In this document: piece after piece, positions 13,031 through 23,382 of the stretch
Layout: each line of letters opens with the position of its first letter
How positions within the stretch are numbered: the first letter of the stretch is position 1
NCBI GenBank assembly: GCA_002633005.1
Contig: NMRA01000895.1
Span: forward strand, 1-48,330
Reading direction: 5' to 3'
Origin: Phoronis australis
Taxonomy: Eukaryota; Animalia; Phoronida
Length of the DNA: 48,330 nucleotides
Program-made: the position numbers and the translations under genes
The notes under the pieces: generated by a model
The model's database searches: none
Told to the model about the DNA's origin: nothing
What the model saw: the letters and a program-made list of their open reading frames with translations, nothing else

Positions 13031-13969
13031 GATGCAGCTGCTGATTCTCACGAAGTTTGTTGACTTGTGTTTATTAACTGAAAAGAATAAAAAAAATGTG
13101 AGATGCATGTGTGTTGAACATCAGAATACTAAAATTTGTTCAAACCGTCATAGAATCTAGCTGAGCGTTAAAATGAGGAGTTGAAGCCACGCACGTGTCA
13201 ATTCAAATAGGACCGCGTTAATGACTGCCAGTTTTTGTGTGTGCCGGATCTGTTTTTTATTTCTGGTTCTGATCCGGGTTAACCTCACCAAGAATAACTC
13301 AGCAAATTTCGTAACTTCAATTTATCTTTCGGATGTGAACGTTTCTGCACGTGTGCAAACCATAGATTAAGTATTCCGAGATGCGCCCGCGACACATAGC
13401 GCCAGCTGGTTACTTATGCAGTCGATAGGCGAGGACGGCTCATCTCCCTTGCCTACCGCCTGGTAACGATAAACGAATGAACATATAGGGGCCTACAAAA
13501 TCATACTCTTTTCAACCTACAGTTGATGACTAGAAAGCTTCCAATGGATTCTAGTATACATGTACGTATATAATTTGAATGTACATTTTAGACTAAGCCT
13601 TAGACGGAAGTCAAGAAGAACGTGGAAGTTATTAGGCAAAGGCAAGGACTCGTTATAACATCCCTGAATCCGCCAACGAGAGATCTTATCCTGCGCTAGG
13701 TGAGGTCAGCCGACAAGCCAATTATCCTACTAAAATGCCTCGGGTGTACTCAATCGCCTATAATAAGCTACGGCTAGACTGCGCAAGGAGGGTGTACTCA
13801 CCCCAGGACACTGGTGTTTTTCATTCAGAAATTGTGAAAGCCCCGTATGCTGTTTATATATGTGAGCATGCGCATTCCACAGTCCATAGTTTCCTGTACA
13901 TTTTTCTAATTTACAACATATGGCTGTGGTGAGTTGTTGCCGAGATATTTGAAAGTTTACGCAAGTTTT

Positions 13970-14784
13970 ATCTTGGCTGGTGCCAAACGTGGTAAGATTA
14001 CTGCTGACCAGTTTCTTGAGGAAGTGTTCATGGACTCAGATAGTGAAAACAAGCTGGAATTGGCACTCAAAGTGACGGTGACAGTGACTGGGAAACTAAT
14101 ACAACAGTCACAAGTAATGCAGATTCTATCGATTCGGATCTCAGTGCAATTTTGGAGGAGTTACCGGTCCCTGAAGCTGAACTTGGACGAGCCTAAGACG
14201 ATGCTTGGCTCACGCCCTTTGCGCATGATGGAACTCATTCAGAACTAGATATTTTTGGTGACTTTTTCACAGAATAGCTTTGTGTCCCCACCCGTGTTTC
14301 AAGGTTTTTGCATATCAAGGTGAACTTCAAAACAGACTTTAGCAAGCGACTGCACCACTCATAAATTTGTTATTGTGCAAAGTTGAGGTAGGCCCTATGT
14401 TATATACTGTACAATCTTGTTTGTAGATGTGATGTTAAAAACAATAAATCTGCTTTGTTAAACATGCAAATCCCATGAATTCCCTTTTAAAAATTATGGT
14501 TTTTGAGTAGCAGCTATAATGTTCTCATGTGCAAAAACAGATAAAAACAAAGGGTGTCCAGTTTGAAAGTTAATAGAATTATTCACAGCAAGACGATAGT
14601 AAAGATATGTATATGGTGAAAACCTCCATTAAATTCTGAACAACTTTTGTGCTGACTACTTTTATGTGAAATTGACATTACCCCTTCAAATTTCCAATTT
14701 AAAAATGTTAGGTCATTAATCTGAGTGACCTTCATAACAGCCCAGTGCATAGCAGCAGGGAAAGTTGTCTGAATAGAGGGTTAG
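13970..14784 (+). mobile_element. piggyBac internal-deletion derivative (left end not located)
   Basis: An acidic N-terminal remnant (KRGKITADQFLEEVFMDSDSE..DGDSDWE) and an SELDIFGDFFT motif join directly to the C-terminal ALCPHPCFKV motif (14277-14310). The right end AGGG|TTAG at 14777-14784 resembles AGGG|TTAA. Confidence 0.6.
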
Positions 14785-14938
14785 CAGGATAAGGGTTTGA
14801 TGTTTATGGCCATGACCATGGGTATTCACCTCTTTCACGAACGCGGGGCATGCTGTCGTGTTGATCGAAAACGAGGCGCCTTGACAAACATTGTATCGTC
14901 CAGGAAGGTGTTGTGGTCAAAAGACTCATCAACGTTAC

Positions 14939-15338
14939 TGTGAGTGCTTGGCAAGTCAAGAGGAATTACATCTTTTTAAAGAGCTTTATTGAGAGACGTG
15001 AAACATTTCTCATTGACATTTTCACAGTTCTTCTCTGTTTCAGTTCTAAAAATAAAAAAAAAAAAAAATGCATAGCAAACCTCACAGATACAGACAAATG
15101 CAAATTCGGCAATACCAAATACGAAAACACCATGAAAAATACCTCAATACTGCCGCTCCCTGGCTCTCCTCCCTGACGCCAAATATGCACTGCCACAATG
15201 TAAGTAAATCGAGTCAGCGCACAGCACTTATACTGAAAAGAGGGTCAGGTCATATGCAAATTACATTCAGTCCATTCAGTCATGAATATACACGTGACCA
15301 TGAGCCACCCGGAGCAAACAAACGTGAAGTATCTTACA
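14939..15338 (-). repeat. 3' LTR of the BEL/Pao element
   Basis: Direct repeat of 20729-21125, with about 8-9 substitutions plus poly-A and 1-bp indels by manual comparison. Confidence 0.95.
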
Positions 15339-15454
15339 CCGGCCCCCAAAGACTGACCCAAGTCTTTTACACAACTAAACACCAAATACAAAATACAAAT
15401 CATACTGTTACAAAACTAATTAACAACTTCAACTCCAGTAACACAATATACACT

Positions 15455-18400
15455 TCAAATATCAGACTTCCTGTCCAACAAACAAACCTTACGAATGTCT
15501 CTAAGAAAAGAACCCTTACTTGTCCTAATTCTAACCTTACGATTCTGACCATGAACATCAGGGAATGTTTCCTCAACAACACCCATAGGCCAGTTACCAC
15601 GCGAGACATTATCGTCAACAATCAAAACAATATCACCCTCAGCAATATTAGCCCGAGGAGATAACCATTTTTGACGTTCCTGCATAGAGGGCAAATACTC
15701 ACGAATCCATCGTTTCCAAAAGGAATTCGCAAGACACTGAACTTGACGCCACTGCTTTTGAGCATAATTCATACTACTCGGAATCGACAAAGGTTTACAA
15801 CAGTTCAATCGTTGCAAAATCAACTTGTTAGGTGTCAATACCTCAGGATCATTAAGATCATCACTAATAACAGTTAATGGACGATCGTTGAGAATCTTCT
15901 CAACCTCAGCCATAAACGTAACCAGTAACTCATCACTGACAATCTGTTCCTTCATCAGAGCGCGCAAAATCTTACGAATTGACCGAATCGTCCGTTCCCA
16001 CACTCCACCTGTATGGCTAGCTGCAGGTGGATTGAAATTCCACTGAATCGCACGCTTTAACAAATAATCATTAACCTTATCTCACGCTTAAGTTCCGCAT
16101 CTGCACCTCTGAAATTGGTACTGTTATCACTGTAGATAATCTCAGGCAAACCTCTACGACTGATAAATCTAGTCAGTGCACACAAGAAGGAATCAGTACT
16201 CAAACTATGACAAACTTCAATATGCACAGCTCTCAAATTCAAATCAGTGAAAATACAGCCAAAACGCTTAGCTCTAGCCCTTCCAACTTTCACCATAAAA
16301 GGACCAAAATAGTCTAGACCAATATATGCAAATGGTGGCTTAAACGGTGACACTCTATCCTTAGGCAAAGAACCCATAATCTGTTCACCAGGACGTGCAT
16401 TACGTTTGCGACAATCGAAACATCTGTCAACAACGCGTTTAACTGCAGAACGGCCTTGCAAAATCCAAAATTTCTGTCTAATAGCAGCCAAAACCATATT
16501 GACTCCTGAATGACCTTCCTGTTCATGATAGAAGGAAATGACAAGATCAGTTACATAATGCTTATTCGGCAAAATTACAGGATGTCTAGTATCAAAACAC
16601 ACATCAGCATTTTCAATACGACCACCCACACGTAATATACCTTCTACCAACATAGGATTCAGTTTANNNNNNNNNNNNNNNNNNNNNNNNNNNNNNNNNN
16701 NNNNNNNNNNNNNNNNNNNNNNNNNNNNNNNNNNNNNNNNNNNNNNNNNNNNNNNNNNNNNNNNNNNNNNNNNNNNNNNNNNNNNNNNNNNNNNNNNNNN
16801 NNNNNNNNNNNNNNNNNNNNNNNNNNNNNNNNNNNNNNNNNNNNNNNNNNNNNNNNNNNNNNNNNNNNNNNNNNNNNNNNNNNNNNNNNNNNNNNNNNNN
16901 NNNNNNNNNNNNNNNNNNNNNNNNNNNNNNNNNNNNNNNNNNNNNNNNNNNNNNNNNNNNNNNNNNNNNNNNNNNNNNNNNNNNNNNNNNNNNNNNNNNN
17001 NNNNNNNNNNNNNNNNNNNNNNNNNNNNNNNNNNNNNNNNNNNNNNNNNNNNNNNNNNNNNNNNNNNNNNNNNNNNNNNNNNNNNNNNNNNNNNNNNNNN
17101 TCACAGCTAAAGCCGCAGCAGATAATTCTAACCTGGGGATAGTCAAACCTTTGGAAGGAGCAACACGCGACTTTCCCAAGACGATAGAACAGAAAATATT
17201 ACCACAATCGTTCAACAACCGTAAGTAAGTCACAACGCCATACCCTACTTCCGAAGCATCTGAGAAGCAATGTAATTGCACAGAGTAACTCTCACCAAAT
17301 CCAACAGGTTTAAAGCAGCGAGGAACATCAATAACACTCAACCTAGAAAAACCGTCTTACCAACCTCTCCACCGCAACAACATATCGTCAGGTATCAATT
17401 CATCCCATCCGAGTTTCATTACGCACAATTTCTGCAAAATCAGTTTACCCGGCAAAATGAATGGAGAAGCCATACCTAGGGGATCATACATAGAGCTTAC
17501 TACTGACAAGATACCTCTTCTTGTAGGAGGAACAGACTTCTCTACAACACGGAAACTAAATGTGTCGCTATCAACATTCCACTGAACACCAAGAGCATAT
17601 TCAATCGGCAATTTATCAAGATTTAAATCTACAACTGACGGAGCCCTCTCACTATGAGGAATGTGAGCAAGAACATTGCGACTGTTACTAATCCACTTAG
17701 TGAGATGAAATTCAGCTCTCGACATCATATCACGCAGCTGTTCAATTAGTTGTAGAGCTCTAGACTCCGAATCAACAGATTTCAACAAANTGCGACTGTT
17801 ACTAATCCACTTAGTGAGATGAAATCCAGCTCTCGACATCATATCACGCAGCTGTTCAATAAGTTGAGGAGCTCTAGACTCTGAATCAACAGATTTCAAC
17901 AAATCATCGACATAGAAATTATGACTAACAGTAGAGCATGTCAAATCATCATACTCGCCTCCGAAATCCTCAACTGTGTGCTTAACACAATAGCTGGCAA
18001 CGCATGGAGAAGACGTTGCACCAAATATGTGAACTAACATCTGGTAGTCTACCGGATCTTGAGACAAATCATCATTAGGCCACCACAAGAAGCGTAACGC
18101 ATTACTGTCATCAGTTCTCACCCGAACTTGATGAAACATTGCCTCTGTGTCAGCAACCAAAGCCACATGATCCTGCCTAAAACGCATCAAAACACCCACA
18201 AGGTCATTAGTCATATCTGGACCCTGTAATAATACATCATTCAGACAGACACCCTTATACTTAGCTGAGCAATCAAATACGACCCTGACCTTTACAGGTT
18301 TCTAACCTGTCACGACAGGATGATGGGGGAGATACCATCTGAGCTCTGAATCACTATTAACACTGTCATCCTCTGAAACGACCTTTGCATGACCTTTATC

Positions 18401-18697
18401 AACATAGTCATTAACCGATTTCCTACGCATCTCAAACAACGAGCTATCTTTAAGAAATCTTTTCTTCAAAAGACGCAATCTTGCTTGTGCAAGTTCTTTA
18501 TTGTTAGGTAAATCTGGTTTCTCATCCCTCCAAGGTAACGCAACAGAATAATGACCTGTATTATCCAAAGAAATCGAACTCTCTATCTTACGCAATGCTG
18601 ATTTATCTTCAATAGACATCGCAGACTTTGGATCATGAGAATTGCAAAAACTCATATGAAAACATCTTATTAACTGACTGTTGCAAAACATCATCAT
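15455..18697 (-). pseudogene. BEL/Pao Pol (RT, RNase H, integrase), broken by frameshifts, stops and an N gap
   Basis: RT 17357-18697 (YVDD), RNase H 17101-17341 (FSDAS), and integrase 15455-16653 (H-H-C-C zinc finger, LDYFGP, SDN, VWER). Confidence 0.9.
16668..17100. other. Scaffold gap (N run) inside the retrotransposon
   Basis: About 433 Ns. Confidence 0.99.
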
Positions 18698-20699
18698 TCT
18701 GCGTACTCAGATAGTTAGCAAGAAACCCACTGCGATTACCCTCAGATCTCACCGGTCCCAGTAATGTCCAACCAAGTAGAGTACGAATCGCATATGGCTG
18801 CTTACGTCTACCTCTGCGTTCCTCGAAAATCCAGTGTACCTCTGGTACATCAGAACCAATGATAATACCTACTTCACGATGAGACTGTGACAACTCGGAA
18901 ATCTCAACACCACGAAGATGATTCCAGCCCTTCACATCATCACTAGTAGGAATGCATGAATCAGAAATGGTCAATTTATCAATCGAAAGCACATTGTTTA
19001 CCACTAAACTATCATCCGTAATTATTGAACCAACGATCAGATTAAGTTCAAACCCTTTACGCTTAACAGTGTTATTAACCGTCGTTAACGTGTATTCTTT
19101 TGGAACAGCATCAACTCCTAGCTGATCTACTAACTTACGACTACACAAAGAAACATCTGATCCATCATCCAACAAAGCATATGTTAGAACTTCATTTTTA
19201 CTTTTTCTCGACTTAACAACAACTGGTAAACATTTAAGTTTCACATTACAGCTACTGCGAACTGAGTTACAAGCACTAGAATTACCATCTACCTTACACT
19301 CAGTAGCCTTACTTCCAGCATTTGAAACACTTTCGTTAGCAGGAGGTTCTGTCCGTGTGAAACCAGGATCATGCATCAAGGAGTGATGTCGTTTACCGCA
19401 ACCATCAACACTGCAAACCACCTTGACTCTGCAATACTTAGAGATGTGACCCTGTTTCAGACAAACAAAACATCTTCTTGCCTGACGAATGGTTTTCTTC
19501 CTACCCTCAAGAGAGTCATGAACAAACCTAGAACAAGTCAATAGATCATGATCGGTTGTCTTACACAAGGAACAGAATTTCTTATCTACAGCATTACCCT
19601 GTGACTGTGTGGCAAAAGACACTTTATCACCACGTGACTGAGTTTTAGCAACTTGCTTTTCAGATCTATACTTAGATTTTGAACCAACAATCTGTCCATA
19701 CAGAGTTTTAGCTACTCTAGCCTTTGACTCAATGAAATCAGTTAAATCTGAGAACTTTGGCTCTACACCTTGTTTATCCATGATACCACTAGCATGCTCT
19801 GCCCACTTAGCTTGCATATGAAATGGCAAACGCTTCACAATTTTGATCAAAGTGTCTGAGCAATTCAAATCTGACTCATAATTCATTTGTTCCAGAGTGA
19901 GCATGCCTCTCCTCATGAGCACAGCTAAGTCTGAGAGAGCTACACTGTTAGAACCATCAATGACTGGACCTTGGGTCACCTGTTTAATAAACGCATGAGC
20001 TATAACATGTTTCTGACCAAAATTATCATACAACATCGCTTTTGCTTTTCTGTAGGCTAGCTCTGAGTTACCAAAAATAGAGCAGTTTTCAATACACTGT
20101 CTAGCTTTCCCTTTACACTGTTGCAAAAGATACATTAGCTTAGACTGACTATCACTAACTCTAGATTCAATATTAGCCTCGAAATTTCGAATAAAAGACC
20201 AATACTCAGTTGGATTGCCATCAAATGTAAGCAGTTCTTTTTTCGGCATTTCAAACCCTTCTCTCAAAGTTTCCGCGAGCTGCTTCATAACTTCCGGTAA
20301 ACCAGGATACGACCACGGCGACTCTTGCGGGAAACTAGGGAACCGCGCTGCACCAGCATTCGGTTCTGCACGGGGTCTGGGAGTGCTAGTATGCTTAGCA
20401 CCAGCGGCAAACGAAGTATTCATTGGCGAGACTTCATTATCGGCGGCTAACGTGGCTTCTTGAAGCTGCATTTCCATGCGAAGCATTTCCTCACGCCTAC
20501 GTAATTCAGACTCTGCCTCCATCTGTTTCAGTGCTTCACGCTCTCTCTCTATTTCATGAAGCTGCTGCATTTGCTTTAATTTCAGTTGTACAAGTGCTTT
20601 CCTAGAGTAGACCTCCTTCATGTTTTTTGACGATTCCTCGTCCCCAAACAGGTCATTTTTCACACTCTCCATCACACTCTCTCTTTCGGCTTCAGCCAT
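18633..20699 (-). CDS. BEL/Pao Gag and aspartic protease part of the polyprotein
   Basis: 688-aa ORF with a coiled coil, FDGNPTEYWSF (DUF1759-like), zinc knuckles CSLC..HDLLTC, CFVCLKQGHISKYC and CSVDGCGKRHHSLMH, and the protease motif YALLDDGSD. Frameshift at about 18650. Confidence 0.9.
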   Translation of the reverse strand: MAEAERESVMESVKNDLFGDEESSKNMKEVYSRKALVQLKLKQMQQLHEIEREREALKQMEAESELRRREEMLRMEMQLQEATLAADNEVSPMNTSFAAGAKHTSTPRPRAEPNAGAARFPSFPQESPWSYPGLPEVMKQLAETLREGFEMPKKELLTFDGNPTEYWSFIRNFEANIESRVSDSQSKLMYLLQQCKGKARQCIENCSIFGNSELAYRKAKAMLYDNFGQKHVIAHAFIKQVTQGPVIDGSNSVALSDLAVLMRRGMLTLEQMNYESDLNCSDTLIKIVKRLPFHMQAKWAEHASGIMDKQGVEPKFSDLTDFIESKARVAKTLYGQIVGSKSKYRSEKQVAKTQSRGDKVSFATQSQGNAVDKKFCSLCKTTDHDLLTCSRFVHDSLEGRKKTIRQARRCFVCLKQGHISKYCRVKVVCSVDGCGKRHHSLMHDPGFTRTEPPANESVSNAGSKATECKVDGNSSACNSVRSSCNVKLKCLPVVVKSRKSKNEVLTYALLDDGSDVSLCSRKLVDQLGVDAVPKEYTLTTVNNTVKRKGFELNLIVGSIITDDSLVVNNVLSIDKLTISDSCIPTSDDVKGWNHLRGVEISELSQSHREVGIIIGSDVPEVHWIFEERRGRRKQPYAIRTLLGWTLLGPVRSEGNRSGFLANYLSTQNDDVLQQSVNKMFSYEFLQFS

Positions 20700-20728
20700 C
20701 TCACAGTTAAGAGCTTATTGAGAACCAA

Positions 20729-21125
20729 TGTGAGTGCTTGGCAAGTCAAGAGGAGTTACATCTTTTTAAAGAGCTTTATTGAGAGACGTGAAACATTTCT
20801 CATTGACATTTTCACAGTTCTTCTCTGTTTCAGTTCTAAAAATAAAAAACAAAATGCATAGCAAACCTCAAAGATACAGACAAAATGCAAATTCGGAAAT
20901 ACCAAATACGAAAACACCATGAAAAATACCTCAATACTGCCGCTCCCTGGCTCTCTTCCCTGACGCCAAATATGCACTGCCACAATGTGAGTAAATCGAG
21001 TCAGCGCACAAAACTTATACTGAAATGAGGGTCAGGTCATATGCAAATTACATTCAGTCCATTCAGTCATGAATATACACGTGACCATGAGCCACCCGGA
21101 GCAAACAAACGTGAAGTATCTTACA
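20729..21125 (-). repeat. 5' LTR of the BEL/Pao element
   Basis: Reads TGTAAG...CACA on the minus strand, followed by TTGGTTCTC (PBS-like). Confidence 0.95.
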
Positions 21126-21834
21126 TTAATTATAACTCCGTGTTCCTATATGTATGGTTCATTTGATTTTATTTGCTGTATTATGAAATGAGTAACTTTT
21201 TGTGAGGATGTACTATCGCCCCCTGAATGCCTGCGGCATCCAGTGCGTGTAATTGCCTAGGGGCCATCGTGTGTGCAGCGAACATTTTCCTGGTGGAAAA
21301 AAGACGTATGAGAACAGCATTCCCACGGAGTTTCCTCTTAAAATTATCGTCTCTAGCATATCCACGGCGAAAGCTACAAAAGTTAAGCAACCCAAGAACT
21401 ATCAACTTGTCTGAAATCGGATGAGATTTCGAAATCAACGCCAATAGGCCCAATCCTGAACATGACGACAGTCGTGCCCTCGGTCACACGGTCACTGATC
21501 ATAGCTACGTAGTGTTTACGAACGAGAGAGAGAGAGAGGACTTGCTTGGTATTATAAAGAAAAAAATGAAACATGGTTTTTAGTTTGCAAATCACTCCAA
21601 ATGCACACACTATCCAGCGTGCTCAAGACATGCCTGACCACAAGCTATCCCATGAGCCTTCGCTAAGGAAGTGACTCGCACATGCGCAATGCGTAGTTCG
21701 TTTGCGCAGCAAATCCGCTANATGCCTGACCACAAGCTATCCCATGAGCCTTCGCGCAGGAAGTAACTCGCACATGCGCAATGCGTAGTTCGTTTGCGCT
21801 GCAAATCCGCTATTGTCTTACTTCTTAATTCCAG

Positions 21835-22034
21835 GTGACAAATCTACGTACATGGTCGGCACCTACGGTCCAAAGTCTGACGAACCTCAAGAATGGACTT
21901 CCCCATCGGAAGAGATTCCCAAGGGACTACTGTATAGGGGCGAGTACGAATACCACAGCAAAATTTATGATGTTACAAAACACATTATAGGGGACTGGTA
22001 TTGGTCTGTCCACATTAAAAAAGACTGGGACTAG
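21835..22034 (+). CDS. RhoGDI: Terminal exon of a divergent Rho GDP-dissociation inhibitor
   Basis: Acceptor ttcttaattccag, then DKSTYMVGTYGPK..EWTSPSEEIPKGLLYRGEY..W.WSVHIKKDWD*. This matches the RhoGDI C-terminus (YMVGSYGP..EEAPKGMLARGSY..WEWNLTIKKDW). Upstream exons were not found. Confidence 0.85.
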
Positions 22035-22968
22035 GTCAGGACCGTAGGCCACTTTTTGTGGGATTCAGGAGCATAAAGGGGTACTTGGGCTGGTGTTGTC
22101 TGGTCTTGTTTTGCGTTGTGAACTGCTGAAATTTACTATTTTATCTGGTTGTGGCATTTGTGTCTAACTAGCCTCACCTTACACCGTGGCATTCAAGTAC
22201 ATGTGCTAACTTTGTAAAAAGTTTTTCGAGTCGAGATTGTTCACCTGTGGTGGAGATGCTGAAAACTTAATAAGGTTAAAATTATATCTTTCATTTGGTC
22301 AACCCTGCAACCGGTTTACTATGTAGTAGTTATGCTTAACTTTGTCATTATTAACTGAAGGAATAAAATGAAAATGGAAATGAAATTTCGTTTTGGCAAG
22401 TAGTAAGTGTTTGGACATCAGGTACAGCATTAAAGAGCTATATATCATGTGAAAAAACAATATCACCCTCCCGGGAGCTGCACAACAGTCTATTATTTCG
22501 CCGGCTTGGCGAATTGCAAAAACACAAAGTAGTGGCTCTGCAGCTTCAACATTTCTCACTAACTATGAACCTTGACCTGGATGTCTCCAAAAGCGACTAG
22601 CCAGGAGATGCTCAGCGTTTTCCACGGTGACTAGTACTTGTGTATAGGGGGCCAAAAGGGCAAAAATTGTTACATCGGACATTCAATTCAAGAAAATAAA
22701 TTCAATCTTATGATGATGTATCAATGCTATTTCATAAATCCGACTTCAACTCAACAGCTTCATTTGGTCTAGGTTATGCCATTTTGTCAATCTGATCGTC
22801 AACTCAACAACTTCATTTCATCTATTTTATCCTTTATCGCAAACACAATGCTACTTCGTAAATTCTGCAATTGTGTTTTGTAAAGTCAATTCTGTTTCGT
22901 GACAGTTTACATATTAAAACCAGTTCAGTCCATTCCGTTCTGTCACTTCAACTGCATTCTGCCTGATN

Positions 22969-23040
22969 GCACAAAAGGAGTAGAGAACTTGCCAAAATAC
23001 TTTTGAGTTCGTTTCAAGTACAAATATTAGAGACTGGGCC
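22969..23040. mobile_element. Right-end fragment of the Harbinger-like MITE family seen at 41395-41773
   Basis: GCACAAAAGGAGTAGAGAA...GAGACTGGGCC|CTG matches 41703-41776. It begins immediately after the single N at 22968. Confidence 0.7.
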
Positions 23041-23382
23041 CTGGTCACAATGTGAATGCTTAAATAAATTTGAAGAACTTACAGCTAATAGAAATCAGTA
23101 ACTTAAGCGAAGTTAACACAAATTAGGGAATGAAATGGAAAAACTAAGCATTATTATTTCATTCCCCAATTGGTGTAATCGTCATCTTTTATGTATGACG
23201 TCAATCCACCAGCCTCGAATTTCTGATGTGGCGATAGAAGTAAATATCTAGTTCGTATTGGTACAGTTTGTAACGTGCTTGATACTGTATAGTGCATTTT
23301 TAGCACGTGGCAGGAAGGGGATTTGCATGACTTGTGTTACTCTACAGTGTGGACTTAAAAGTTAGTGAGTTGTGTCTTGCAG

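Larger units (their letters stand above)
14939..21125 (-). mobile_element. BEL/Pao LTR retrotransposon, about 6.2 kb, defective
   Basis: Two ~400-bp TG..CA LTRs, a PBS-like TGGTTCTC after the 5' LTR, and a GGGGGCCGG PPT before the 3' LTR. Domain order is gag-PR-RT-RH-IN with Pao motifs (FDGNPTEY, YLPHHPV, FYVDD, YDPLG, LHCFSDAS, IPRLEL, GGVWER). Confidence 0.97.

Noticed and set aside
14871-14938. Peptide KHCIVQEGVVVKRLINV, faintly like RhoGDI FVLKEGVEYRIKI, cut by the LTR
   Set aside because: There is an in-frame stop just upstream, no pyrimidine-rich acceptor, and no continuation after the other LTR. Likely chance.
15068-15664. 198-aa plus-strand ORF
   Set aside because: It is antisense to the integrase and LTR, so a shadow ORF.
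17678-17902. 112-bp tandem duplication inside the BEL RT ([11 protein letters not shown] repeated)
   Set aside because: The two slightly different copies are separated by a single N at 17790. This is typical of an unmerged contig overlap (alleles or other element copies), not biology.
21629-21812. About 92-bp tandem duplication upstream of the RhoGDI exon
   Set aside because: The copies flank a single N at 21721, so this is likely an assembly overlap artefact.
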